From contig OZ037770.1 of the NCBI GenBank assembly GCA_964035545.1, positions 7,756,973 through 7,820,972 of the forward strand: a DNA stretch of 64,000 nucleotides, read 5' to 3'. The notes under the pieces are model-generated. The model saw nothing but the letters and a program-made list of their open reading frames with translations. It had not been told where the DNA came from and ran no database searches. Numbering within the stretch: position 1 is the first letter of the stretch; each line of letters opens with the position of its first letter. The translations under genes and the position numbers were made by a program. Below are positions 1 through 11,540 of this stretch, in pieces. This stretch comes from Bugula neritina. Lineage: Eukaryota > Animalia > Bryozoa.

Positions 1-242
1 TCAAGGGCATCTAGGTAATAGAATGTATTGACATTTATCTCTGCATTCAATACTCAATCTCTGCAATTGGTAGAAAAAGATTGGAATAATTTGTGTTTCA
101 CAATGCATTTTAAAAGGCAATTCTATTGCATCTCTTAAGAGAAGAAAATATATCACAATTAAAATAGATACATGTAACGTTTATGATGATAATGCCAGGT
201 GGTGAAACAGCAGTACTGATACACACACACGAGAGAACACGC

Positions 243-540
243 GGTGTGGACCATGGTACTCTGTTCTGTGCTGATGAAGGGACAAATCTCAAAACAGCTG
301 CTTTCCGAAGATTGAGATATAATGCTTTCACTTTATGCTTAGCAATGACATTCAGTGACTGAGCTCTCTAACCATGGTCACAACTCAAGCTGCTAGCATT
401 TTGCAGGGCAGAATCACTCGATCTCTCTGGATTAGTTTAGATCAGTTTCTACTGTTGCGAAGGTGTGGGCCATGGTACTATGTTCTGGGCTGATGAGGGG
501 ACAAATTCCAAAACAGCGACTGTCCACAGATTGAGATATA
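243..540 (+). repeat. Diverged ~78-bp direct repeat (243-321 and 462-540)
   Basis: GGTGTGG.CCATGGTACT.TGTTCTG.GCTGATGA.GGGACAAAT...AAAACAGC...AGATTGAGATATA occurs twice. Confidence 0.8.
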
Positions 541-3109
541 TAATTAAAATGTTTTATGTTACATATTATTATATAATTATTTAACTATTTAAACAACAGC
601 ACTTCTTGGGTTAGCATACTCTCTAGGTCTTTACTGTAGAATGCTGCCAATTAAATGCTACTCTATTACATGTAATTAAAGTAACTTTCTGTTTTCACGG
701 TATAATTGTAGAAATTTATATTCACAGGCTGTGAAGTTAACCATAGCATAGCTACTTGTAGACTAGCTGGTACCCTGCCTTGCACATCAGGTTTAGATGT
801 CCATAGTAGAAAAACCTTTATTACCTGCGATTGCCATGACTAGACTTCAAAAGACTGTCCTGGAGATAGACAACTCCAAATACCAACTAGTCATCTGCTG
901 AACAAGTACTTCAGTTTCTCAAAGTCCACCAGTCAGATACAAAGTAATTAAATGGATGTTGAATTATGAGATCTTAAAACCTCTCACTGCATGGCAGCTG
1001 AGTGTTCAATAAATTCTGAAAAAATAGCCTTTTTATTAAATAGCACATAATTTATTTATGCTTTCATTTGAAACTATGTTGCGTTTAAAAATAAAGGCTA
1101 TTTTTTGAATTGAATATTTTATCTAAAGGTATCTATTTCTATTCTAATCTAATCTATTTCTCATTTGTTACATAACAACCATTGCAAAAATTGCCTTCAA
1201 TCGTATTTGTAAAAACTAGCCGTTCAAATCTCAATGAAACTATCTCTAACAAAAGATACAGCAAGAAAAGATAAGCAGATCATCAGTTATAGTGTCTGTT
1301 GGGGCTACTGGAAGGGCTAGGGGAAATTTTTGCAAAATGGAAGCAGCCTTTGAGGAAATAGTTGCATCTTCTGATATAAGATATACGTATTGCTGATTAC
1401 CAGAGTACTGTTGTGTGGATGACAGGTGATGCTAAACAACAACTTTTAAGAAATAGCAATCAATCACAGCATGAAATTTAAAAAAGTTACAAATGACAGC
1501 ATTGATGCCAAAGTCTAAATCATAAAACTAATTAGCAACTGTTAAAAAAGGCATTGACTATAAGAACAGAAGATATTGTGCCTCTGCAGTATTGTAAGGT
1601 GCACTACCTGGTGAGAAGTAGAAGGTTTTGACATAATATACTATTTTTGTGGGCAAAAAATAACAAAAATAGTAAATGTTTTATCATTGTGTACAGAAGG
1701 TGTTGACTCACAACAATGATTTAATATATTATCCATCGTCTTTTTTCTCAAAGTTGCAGTCTTCAGTCAACTTTCACCAGTGCAAGATGTGCATCACAGT
1801 ACACACAGCAGCAGAGCAGTTTAATGAGTCATATATGTTAAACAATACGTGTAATGACACTACCTGCTTAGAAGCACAACCGTTTGACACAAGTTATAAA
1901 TTCTCAAAATATGGAGATTTCTACTTCATTTTACGAAAGTGTTGCTGAATGCGGCACTCACTATGGTAAGTTTGTTCCTTCAACTTTCTTTAACTAGTTA
2001 TATTTAACCATGGGGAACATTTTCTGACAAGACATGAAAAGCATTACACAACTTAGCATAGAAGTCACTCAGCACAAGTAACTCAGCTACTTTGTACTAG
2101 TGTTTCCTGCCAAGTGTGTATCATGAAAAACCACTGTTACCCGTTTAAAATTACATAATGATATAGTTTACTGATGTTATAATGCTACATTGTTAAAAGA
2201 CTGAATATTGGTCAAAAGTATACCTCTCAAGCATACAGGTGGCACTTTGAAGTAAGTTACTTCTTTCTCAGGTCTAGGTAAGCAGATATACATGCAGTTT
2301 CTTCTGCACAGTATACTGTAAATGCCCTGCAGAATTGACTGTTTCTATTTGAATATCAAAACAGTTGAGAGGCAAGAATTGTGATCTTCTAAATACCAAT
2401 CGACTTATCTTACCTGTGAGCTTTCAAGTTACAAACTTTACAAACATAATCAGCTATAGAATTGTGCACAATTCACTTAAGCAGCAATGTGTTTACTTCT
2501 CTAAATTATATGTGCGTCTGTGAGTGTAGAAATGGGTGGTGTGCAATAACCAACCACCAGGAAGCATCATTCATAACTGCAAAATGCTCAGTGTGGACAA
2601 TGTTACTCAAAAACACTGAATGAAAAACTTTTTTAGCAATGTAAACAAGCCAACGAAATCCTTGATGTGCACAGTACAAAAGTAAGCAGAATATACTAGG
2701 AATGATAACTACCGACTTTATCATTTTAGCATGAGTGATGGTGTGTGAAAAAGTTATTTGATTTTAAGGTCACACGCAGCCAAAGATATAAGCGAAAATA
2801 ACGTTGTCCAAACATTTGAAGGCACAGAGCACTATAGCGGTTCGGTAAGACTTTTGTCATACTTTGATTTTGTGCTACTCAATGTTTTAAGTTCATTTCT
2901 TCAACTTTCTTTGAAGAATTATATTACTTGGGAACTTTGTTTATTAAGAGACTGGTACCAGTAAGCAATTTCCCCATATATATCAGCACCCACCTACCCA
3001 CCAATCCTTTACCCAATTTCTAGTTACCTAACAAACCCTGCCTATTGCCAAATCCAACAGATGCTATGGTTGACTAATGAAAAAGTTACAACACCAACAT
3101 ATTGCAACT

Positions 3110-3278
3110 GCCAATTTATATTCACCATTTCAGTAATCAGGCTAAATAGTTATTCAGATGGGACACAGGAGCAATTATAACTAGATGCTCTTCTTCGAAT
3201 CACCAATGACCTTTACTGGAGATCGAACCCGCGACCAGGGATTTACCAAGCCAAACACTCTAACCACGTAAAACACTT
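3110..3278 (-). mobile_element. tRNA(Thr-like)-derived SINE
   Basis: Minus strand has an A-box-like GTGGTTAGAG and a B-box GGTTCGATC, followed by a non-tRNA body similar to 28890-28960. Confidence 0.65.
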
Positions 3279-4556
3279 TTGTTTTTCTCCAATATATTAA
3301 TGTTGCTAAATGCAATTTGTTACCTATAGATATAATATAATATATGTTATATTTGTGTTTCCCTTCAAACATTTGATTTAGACTATGCTGTATGCTGATC
3401 CTATTTCATAGAATATAAGTTATAGATTAGTAGATTGTTATAGCATGTTGACAACTACTCACCTCTCAATCAATGCTAAATATGCTGTGTTTTAAACATG
3501 GACCTTATTTTCCTCAATAAGTACCAGAAAGTGCATGTCATAGCCCATAGGTATCCTGCTTACATAGCAGATTGTAATGCTATGTAAAGTTTTATGAGGC
3601 TGTGTTCTTGTTCAAACTGGACCATAAGATTAGAAGCTTTTCATAATGGTAGTAACACAAAGAGTGCTGTACTTTGAAGTTCACTCTCTGGAACTTATCA
3701 AGTTTTAACTTGGCTGCTTTATTTTGAGAAGTTATGCAAATACTATAACTACACCATATTAGTTTTATAATGTTTACACTTACAGCTCCTGTGATGTGTC
3801 CTAAACTCATAAACAAACTCATCACACCTAAGATATGGTATACAGGAAGGTGAAAGAGATAAGAGAAAGCATACTTGTTGCAGTTCTTGCAGTAGGCATG
3901 TCATTTCACAATGCTGTTAAAAGTATATTGTTCTAGAGTAGCTAGACCATACATGTATATTTTACTGCTGTGTCTATATTTTAATCTACAATGTTTTGTG
4001 TTTATAATCAAATCTACGGGTGACCATTATCTCTGTGATTTATCACACTGTGTAATCAGTTTATTTTGTGTTTTTCATTAAAATTTTCTTTTTAATCCAT
4101 AAAATTCTATTTCTTTATATTTGGATAATAAAACATACATTTTTATTAGAAAAATAAAAGTTTCATTAATTTGTATCTTAAGCAGCATTACAGATGTCTG
4201 GTGTTAGGTGAATGCGAATACATGTAGCAAATAGCTTATATGTCTACACTTAAAACACATCTGAAGACATATTACCTGGCAAACTCATTGCTATGAGAAT
4301 GCTATCCATTTTATCATATAGAAGCTCCAAAAGATTCGTATCGACTAGAGAATATAGTTCAGTAAAAAGAGTGTCTAGCAAACTAAAGCAATATTTTTCA
4401 AAATAATCCAAATAGTTAATAATATAACAAAATAACATAAAGCCCACTGGGTATAACTTCAGTCCACTTGTATAAATTTGATGCGCATACAAATGTTGCA
4501 CAGAATTAAATAAAGGGGAGATGATTGTAGCTAATAAAGAATTTTGCAATAAGGTG

Positions 4557-7500
4557 CTACTGCTTGACTTCTGATTCCTGAGCTTCAGCAGGAGTGTAGC
4601 CAGGGGGTGCTTGTGGTTGAGCTGGATAACCTGTGTGCACTGGTGCAGCTTGTTGAGGGTATCCCTGGGAGGTGTCCTTGGAATATCCTGAACCACCCTG
4701 TTGGGGGTATCCCTGCTGGGGGTATCCCTGTTGAGGGTATCCCTGAGCAGCCTGCTGGGGGTAGCCCTGTTGGGGGTAGCCCTGTTGGGGGTACATGGCG
4801 TATCCACCCGCAACTGGGTCTGTAAGCATTGAGAACATCACCATAAATAGAATTTAATGCAACAAAGGCAGTACCATACAATGTACTGTGGTGGTAGTAG
4901 TAACACTATATAACACACTGTGATAGTAGTAATACCATGTAATAACTTACATCCTTGCTGTACTGTAACTCCACCCTGTGTGATGGGGTAAGTAGCAATC
5001 ACCTGTTGCTGCACCTGTAAACAAGTAAACACATGAGTAAACAAGTAAGCACAACTGTAAACAAGTAAACACATGAGTAAACAAGTAAGCACAACTGTAA
5101 ACAAGTAAACACATGAGTAAACAAGTAAGCACATGTGTAAACAAGTTATAACATGTGTAAACAAGTAAACACATGTGTAAACAAGTAAACACATGTGTAA
5201 ACAAGTAAATACATCTGTAAACAAGTAAACACAACTGTAAACAAGTAAACACAACTGTAAACAAGTAAAAACATGTGTAAACAAGTAAACACATGTGTAA
5301 ACAAGTAAACACATGTGTAAACAAGTCAACACATCTGTAAACAAGTAAACACATTTGTAAACAAGTAAACACATGTGTAAACAAGTAGACACAACTGTAA
5401 ACAAGTAGACACAACTGTAAACAAGTAAACACATGTGTAAACAAGTAAACACATGTGTAAACAAGTAAACACATCTGTAAACAAGTAAACACATCTGTAA
5501 ACAAGTAAACACATTTGTAAACAAGTAAACACATGTGTAAACAAGTAAACACATGTGTAAACAAGTAAACACAACTGTAAACAAGTAAACACATGTGTAA
5601 ACAAGTAAACACATGTGTAAACAAGTAAAAACATCTGTAAACAAGTAAACACATCTGTAAACAAGTAAACACATTTGTAAACAAGTAAACACATGTGTAA
5701 ACAAGTAAACACATGTGTAAACAAGTAAATACATCTGTAAACAAGTAAACACAACTGTAAACAAGTAAACACAACTGTAAACAAGTAAACACATGTGTAA
5801 ACAAGTAAACACATGTGTAAACAAGTAAACACATGTGTAAACAAGTAAACACATCTGTAAACAAGTAAACACATTTGTAAACAAGTAAACACACGTGTAA
5901 ACAAGTAAACACATGTGTAAACAAGTAAACACATATGTAAACAAGTAGACACAACTGTAAACAAGTAGACACAACTGTAAACAAGTAAACACATGTGTAA
6001 ACAAGTAAACACAACTGTAAACAAGTAAACACACGTGTAAACAAGTAAACACATGTGTAAACAAGTAAACACATCTGTAAACAAGTAAACACATCTGTAA
6101 ACAAGTAAACACATTTGTAAACAAGTAAACACACGTGTAAACAAGTAAACACATCTGTAAACAAGTAGACACAACTGTAAACAAGTAGACACAACTGTAA
6201 ACAAGTAAACACATGTATAAACAAGTAAACACAACTGTAAACAAGTAAACACACGTGTAAACAAGTAAACACATGTGTAAACAAGTAAACACATCTGTAA
6301 ACAAGTAGACACAACTGTAAACAAGTAGACACAACTGTAAACAAGTAAACACATGTGTAAACAAGTAAACACAACTGTAAACAAGTAAACACACGTGTAA
6401 ACAAGTAAACACAACTGTAAACAAGTAAACACATGTGTAAACAAGTAAACACAACTGTAAACAAGTAAACACACGTGTAAACAAGTAAACACATGTGTAA
6501 ACAAGTAAACACATCTGTAAACAAGTAAACACATCTGTAAACAAGTAAACACATTTGTAAACAAGTAAACACATGTGTAAACAAGTAAACACATGTGTAA
6601 ACAAGTAAACACAACTGTAAACAAGTAAACACATCTGAAAACAAGTAAACACATTTGTAAACAAGTAAACACACTGTAAACAAGTAAACACATGTGTAAA
6701 CAAGTAAACACATCTGTAAACAAGTAGACACAACTGTAAACAAGTAGACACAACTGTAAACAAGTAAACACATGTGTAAACAAGTAAACACAACTGTAAA
6801 CAAGTAAACACACGTGTAAACAAGTAAACACATGTGTAAACAAGTAAACACATCTGTAAACAAGTAGACACAACTGTAAACAAGTAGACACAACTGTAAA
6901 CAAGTAGACACAACTGTAAACAAGTAAACACATGTGTAAACAAGTAAACACAACTGTAAACAAGTAGACACAACTGTAAACAAGTAAACACATGTGTAAA
7001 CAAGTAAACACATGTGTAAACAAGTAAACACATGTGTAAACAAGTAAATACATCTGTAAACAAGTAAACACATCTGTAAACAAGTAAACACATGTGTAAA
7101 CAAGTAAACACATCTGTAAACAAGTAAACACATCTGTAAACAAGTAAACACATGTGTAAACAAATAAACACATGTGTAAACAAGTAAACACATCTGTAAA
7201 CAAATAAACACCTCCAGAACTCACCACAGTTTGTCCACTGAGAGTCTTACAACAGGAGCAGATGGCACCACAGCATAACACGGCACTCCAGATGGTGACG
7301 ATGAACTGGATAAAGCTGGCAATGAGAAGCATGCTGTCCATAGCGTAGTACATGTTCTGCACCTGTTTGTTACAATATAATATGTAATATATAGTATTGT
7401 TATAATATAATATGTCATATTGTTATAATATAATATGTCATATTGCTATAACATAAAGCAGTTAATATATTGTATCGTAATACAATGACGTATCGTATTG

Positions 7501-8846
7501 CTATAACATATAGTAAGGATATAAGGTGCTACACGTACGTTGGTGCTACAAGGAGCATGGTAACCGTAGGATATTCCGGAGTAGTACGAAGAGGAACAGT
7601 TGGCATAGGCGGTGAGGACAAGACCCCCAGCGGAGTATCCTAACAGAGCCCAGCAAAAGATTATGGAGCTGATGATGTTGAGAATCATTACACTGATAAT
7701 CTGCAGTAACAATAACACTGATAATCTGTAATACAAGTGTAATACGAGTAGAGTAGTAATACGAGTGTAATACGAGTGTAATACGAGTGTAATACGAGTA
7801 GAGTAGTAATACGAGTGTAATACGAGTAGAGTAGTAATACGAGTGTAATATGAGTAGAGTAGTAATACGAGTGTAATACAAGTAGAGTAGTAATACGAGT
7901 GTAATATGAGTAGAGTAGTAATACGAGTGTAATACGAGTAGAGTAGTAATACGAGTGTAATACAAGTAGAGTAGTAACACGAGTGTAATACAAGCAGAGT
8001 AGTAATACGAGTGTAATACAAGTAGAGTAGTAATACGAGTGTAATACAAGTAGAATATATTATGCTATGTATATTCATTCAGCAAAGCAGACTTGGTAGT
8101 TGATAGCCTAAAATCTATAAAATACGTACCCAGTTAGTGGAGTTGAACTTGACAGCCGCCATCCCGACAGCGCCAACAATCAGAAACTAAATACAAATAG
8201 CATAATTATACAAACAGTCCTAAATAAACAACAGAAATGCAATATGAGAAACATAAGAAAATAGAGCACTTTATAACAATATAATATTCTGTCTTACATT
8301 TCATATTGTACTACATAATGTTATATTATATCATAAAATAGTATATTAAAAGGTCACACCTATCTAGTCAAATAGATTAAACACTTACATAGACACCTGA
8401 CCAGATGCCATAGCCTTGGATACCGAGGACCGTGTGAATAAACCCGTGGGCATTCCGCATATCATATACCAACAACACTACGCCAAACGTTATGCACAGG
8501 ACTCCCGTTATTATCTGGACTAGAGACAGTCTAAAATATGATAGTAATATTATATTACTATATATTACATAGTTTCATTATATTATATTACACAGCTATA
8601 TTATATATTACACAACTATAATATACATTACACAATTATTTATATTACACAGTCATTATATATCACACAGTCATATTATATATTACAGATATTGCCATAC
8701 TACATTACAGAGTTGTGCTCTCACCCTTTCATCTGTGAAGAGGCAGAAGATTGAAACTTATCCGGCCCATAAGTGAGGGCAGCTGGGTGCGTTACTATGG
8801 TAACCGGTGCAGGCTGTGCACCTGGTTGATATGTCGTCTGCTGCAT
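4557..8846 (-). CDS. MS4A/CD20-like four-transmembrane protein, ~315 aa, with a C-terminal (GYPQQ)n low-complexity tail
   Basis: Seven GT-AG coding exons in consistent phase: 8725-8846, 8389-8530, 8130-8186, 7539-7700, 7225-7362, 4951-5014, 4557-4819 (948 nt). The translation has MS4A hallmarks: [17 protein letters not shown] (TM1), [20 protein letters not shown] (TM2), [14 protein letters not shown] (TM3), a two-Cys loop, and [21 protein letters not shown] (TM4). A 5' UTR acceptor lies at 8891-8892. Confidence 0.88.
5015..7211. repeat. 20-bp minisatellite, ~110 copies, consensus ACAAGTAAACACA(TG/TC/AC/TT/CG)TGTAA; fills MS4A intron 5015-7224
   Basis: Directly visible 20-nt period, with one 19-nt unit near 6671. 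It produces the three long spurious minus-strand ORFs. Confidence 0.98.
7728..8054. repeat. 28-bp minisatellite (GAGTGTAATACGAGTAGAGTAGTAATAC), ~11 copies, in an MS4A intron
   Basis: Visible tandem period abutting the acceptor region at 7701/7726. Confidence 0.95.
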
Positions 8847-8909
8847 GTCTGAGTTGTCTTCTGCTTCACTTCAAATTGTCTTTTTTATATCTGAAACATC
8901 AGCAAAATG

Positions 8910-9185
8910 ATTACTACTACTGCTACTATAGTACTACTATATGCACTACTACTGCTCCTACCACTACTACTATAGTGCTACTACTACTTAAAGTACTACC
9001 TCTACTACTACCACTACTAGTACTAGTACTGCTACTAGTACTACTGCTACCACTACTAGTACTACTACTGCTACCACTACTAGTACTACTACTGCTACTA
9101 GTACTTCTGCTACTACTACTGCTACCACTATTACTGTTACTCTTGTTACAAATACCACCATCACCCTTGCCTCTACTACCACCAG
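8910..9185. repeat. Imperfect (CTA/CTG/CCA)n microsatellite
   Basis: Trinucleotide run just upstream of the MS4A 5' UTR acceptor. Confidence 0.93.
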
Positions 9186-9840
9186 AATAAGAATGTGTCT
9201 ACTTATATTATTAACCAGCAAATATGAATCAAGATTCAAGCACCACGACACTATGAAAAATAGTCCCTCCCCTTCTAACATGTTAAATTAGCAACACGTG
9301 ATGCTGAATGGTTTAACAAACGTGCTGCAATGATTACCTCATCAGTACGTCCTCATCACAACACAATTGTGTAATAGTTATGAATAGGCTTGAAGGTTGT
9401 AAACAGCATGGCCAGCTCATTCACATTCCTATCAGCAAACAACAAGTGCCCTACGTTAGGCCTATCTACAGTTGAGTTTGACTGTACAGTGTACATACAT
9501 GATACACAGTTGATGGTGGACTAGACATATGTATAACAGCAGTGTCTCTAAGCTCCACTGAAAGGTTATCAAACAAGCTATAGAATGGGAAGTGTGTGAA
9601 TGTATCATTTCCTTACAATTTAATTACAACATGGCATGTCACAATATTTTATTGTCAGTTGTAATAATATTGCTACGTTACTGTTATCACAGTTGATCAC
9701 AGCTGTGTGTATGAAAACCAAACCTGAAGCACATGACGTAATATTATAAGTAGGTCACAAGTTAGTGAAGGTGAGTCATAAAACTAAAAATGTTCACATA
9801 ATTGGAGTGAAACAGCACTTTTTAAATGTCTTACAATATA

Positions 9841-10032
9841 CATGCTACAATTCACGCAGCCTGCAGTAACCATTGGGACTTTATTTTGTAATGATTGATG
9901 AGAATTTGGAATAAAGTAATTGAAACAATGCTGATGCTGTGGCCCCCAGCACAGCTAAACTTTCCAATGTGGCCCTAGCCATAGAATATTCCATTTCAGA
10001 GGCCCTCACTCTGAAAAGGTTGGATACCCTTG
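9841..10032 (+). mobile_element. MITE family A (hAT-like CAGGGG termini), 5'-truncated copy
   Basis: Aligns by eye with 15360-15517 and 57949-58145; ends CTGAAAAGGTTGGATACCCTTG. Confidence 0.8.
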
Positions 10033-10040
10033 TTCTAGGA

Positions 10041-11540
10041 CAGTGGTTCCCAATCTTTTTCATACTATTCCCCCCTTTCATAAATGTTGACTATTAATTC
10101 CCCCTTTTTGAAAATGTATGACTGACATAATTATTATATATGATACAAGGCAATGTATTTTCTTCTATTATATTTACATATATTTATAATGTAATTATCA
10201 TAATAGTTATATTATTGTTATTATTATGTTATAAACTGCAGAACGGCTCAATTATTAATGTCATGGCTGCAGTTAATGCTTTTGTGCCTGCTTGCTTAAG
10301 CCTGGCTCTGTTTTGACCAGGCCCATCTTAAGTCACTCTGCAGGTTAAGGCAGCTTCTTTTCTCTTTGAACTGATAAGAATCATACCTCACATGAATAGG
10401 TGGTGCTGGATGGCACCAAAACTCTGCTTTGTCAGCCATGTGTGAGAAGAGTTTGCTTGTTGAAACCCATAATGATTTTAGATAAAACCGGCACAGGTAG
10501 TAATGGCACAAATGGAAACGTAGGTATAAATGGCACATTTTTAATATTGAGGTGATGCTTTGAAGTTTGGAGGTGAGGTTTGGGGTAGGGCTGCTACTGG
10601 ACACTACCCACAATACATCAATTGGAGAAGATTTCAAATCACCTTTCATTGCTGAATTGTGAACCAACTCACTGAGATCCTCTTGTTATTCCTCTGAAAT
10701 CTTTTCAACAAAGCAAGTTAAAAATCTAGCTCTTTCATTTTGGGAGGTACCTCAGAGAAATGCCGTTAAAACTCCATTAAGAGTTCAGAGATACCTAGAA
10801 GTCTTTTTTGAAAAATGATCTTTGGAACAGGTGGTGTCCAGTAAAAATGGCATAAATAATAATGGCACAAATGGAAAATTACTTAAAACTGGCACATTTT
10901 CAATATTAGGATTGAAGATTTGAGTTGGGGGTTCAGGATGGAAGGTTTGGAGGTTTAGGTTTTAAGTTTGAGAAGGTTTAACACCAGTGTGCCTTTTTAC
11001 CTGTACCATTTTTACGTAAAATCGGAACAGGTTCTTCTCCTATTAAAGTTCATTGAGTGTGGGGAAAGACACCATGTTTTTGATAGAGACGCCACCACTT
11101 TAGTGTAACTTTAAAAACATTGATGCTGCTATGAAAAGCAATGATATGATGATTGTGCTCTTGCATTTTTAGATTTAGATAATTTGGTGTAGCAAATATA
11201 TTCACTAGGTATGTAGTATACAGTTCATAGAGATTGACTAGCATGGCTGTTAAAAGGTGGCCTAGTTGTTGGTTTTTGCAAATTTTTTGGCACTGTTCAA
11301 AGTAACACAGAAAGCAGTTTGGGTAGAGTAATTACAGGACATATTTACGTAGAAGTAAACTGAGATTGCAGACTATGGTTTGATTAAATAGATGAACTAA
11401 GATGAAGGTTTATAAATATACATATACCTGTAACTTGCAAGAGCTCAAAAACTGCGCGAAATTTTCAAAATCTAAATTCCCCCCTTAAAATGCACAAATT
11501 CCCCCCTAGGGGGGAGTTCCCCCTAGGTTGGGAACCACTG
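10041..11540 (-). mobile_element. Non-autonomous hAT (Charlie/Buster-type) DNA transposon, internal-deletion derivative, 1500 bp
   Basis: TIRs CAGTGGTTCCCAA (10041-10053 and 11528-11540) with a perfect 8-bp TSD TTCTAGGA (10033-10040 and 11541-11548). The minus-strand remnant KEKRSCLNLQSDLR...QAQKH* (~10270-10380) resembles the C-terminus of Buster/Charlie transposases. Confidence 0.88.
10833..11024 (+). mobile_element. MITE family B (GGCACA subterminal inverted repeats, G-rich core) nested in the hAT element
   Basis: GGTGTC...AAATCG flanked by the direct repeat GAACAGGT (10825-10832 and 11025-11032; 9 bp if the terminal G is counted). A partial copy lies at ~10480-10600. Confidence 0.78.

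Noticed and set aside
3205-3278. Possible tRNA-Thr gene
   Set aside because: A and B boxes are present, but the acceptor and anticodon stems pair poorly and the sequence continues into a body shared with another copy, so it is a SINE head.
600-4100. Possible exons in the left intergenic region (donor-like sites at ~1967, ~2412, ~3873)
   Set aside because: I could not assemble a consistent reading frame or recognise a protein.
4250-4881. ORFs 4250..4813, 4585..4881 and 4607..4825 as separate genes
   Set aside because: They are alternative frames or the antisense of the repetitive MS4A terminal exon.
5015-7211. CRISPR-like appearance (constant repeat with a variable part)
   Set aside because: The variable part is only a few nucleotides with a few recurring states; there are no unique spacers or cas genes, and the context is a eukaryotic intron.
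4838-7362. Three overlapping 678-781 aa hydrophobic ORFs on the minus strand
   Set aside because: They are translations of an almost stop-free 20-bp intronic array; all frames give the same periodic peptide, and the flanking exons splice in frame without them.
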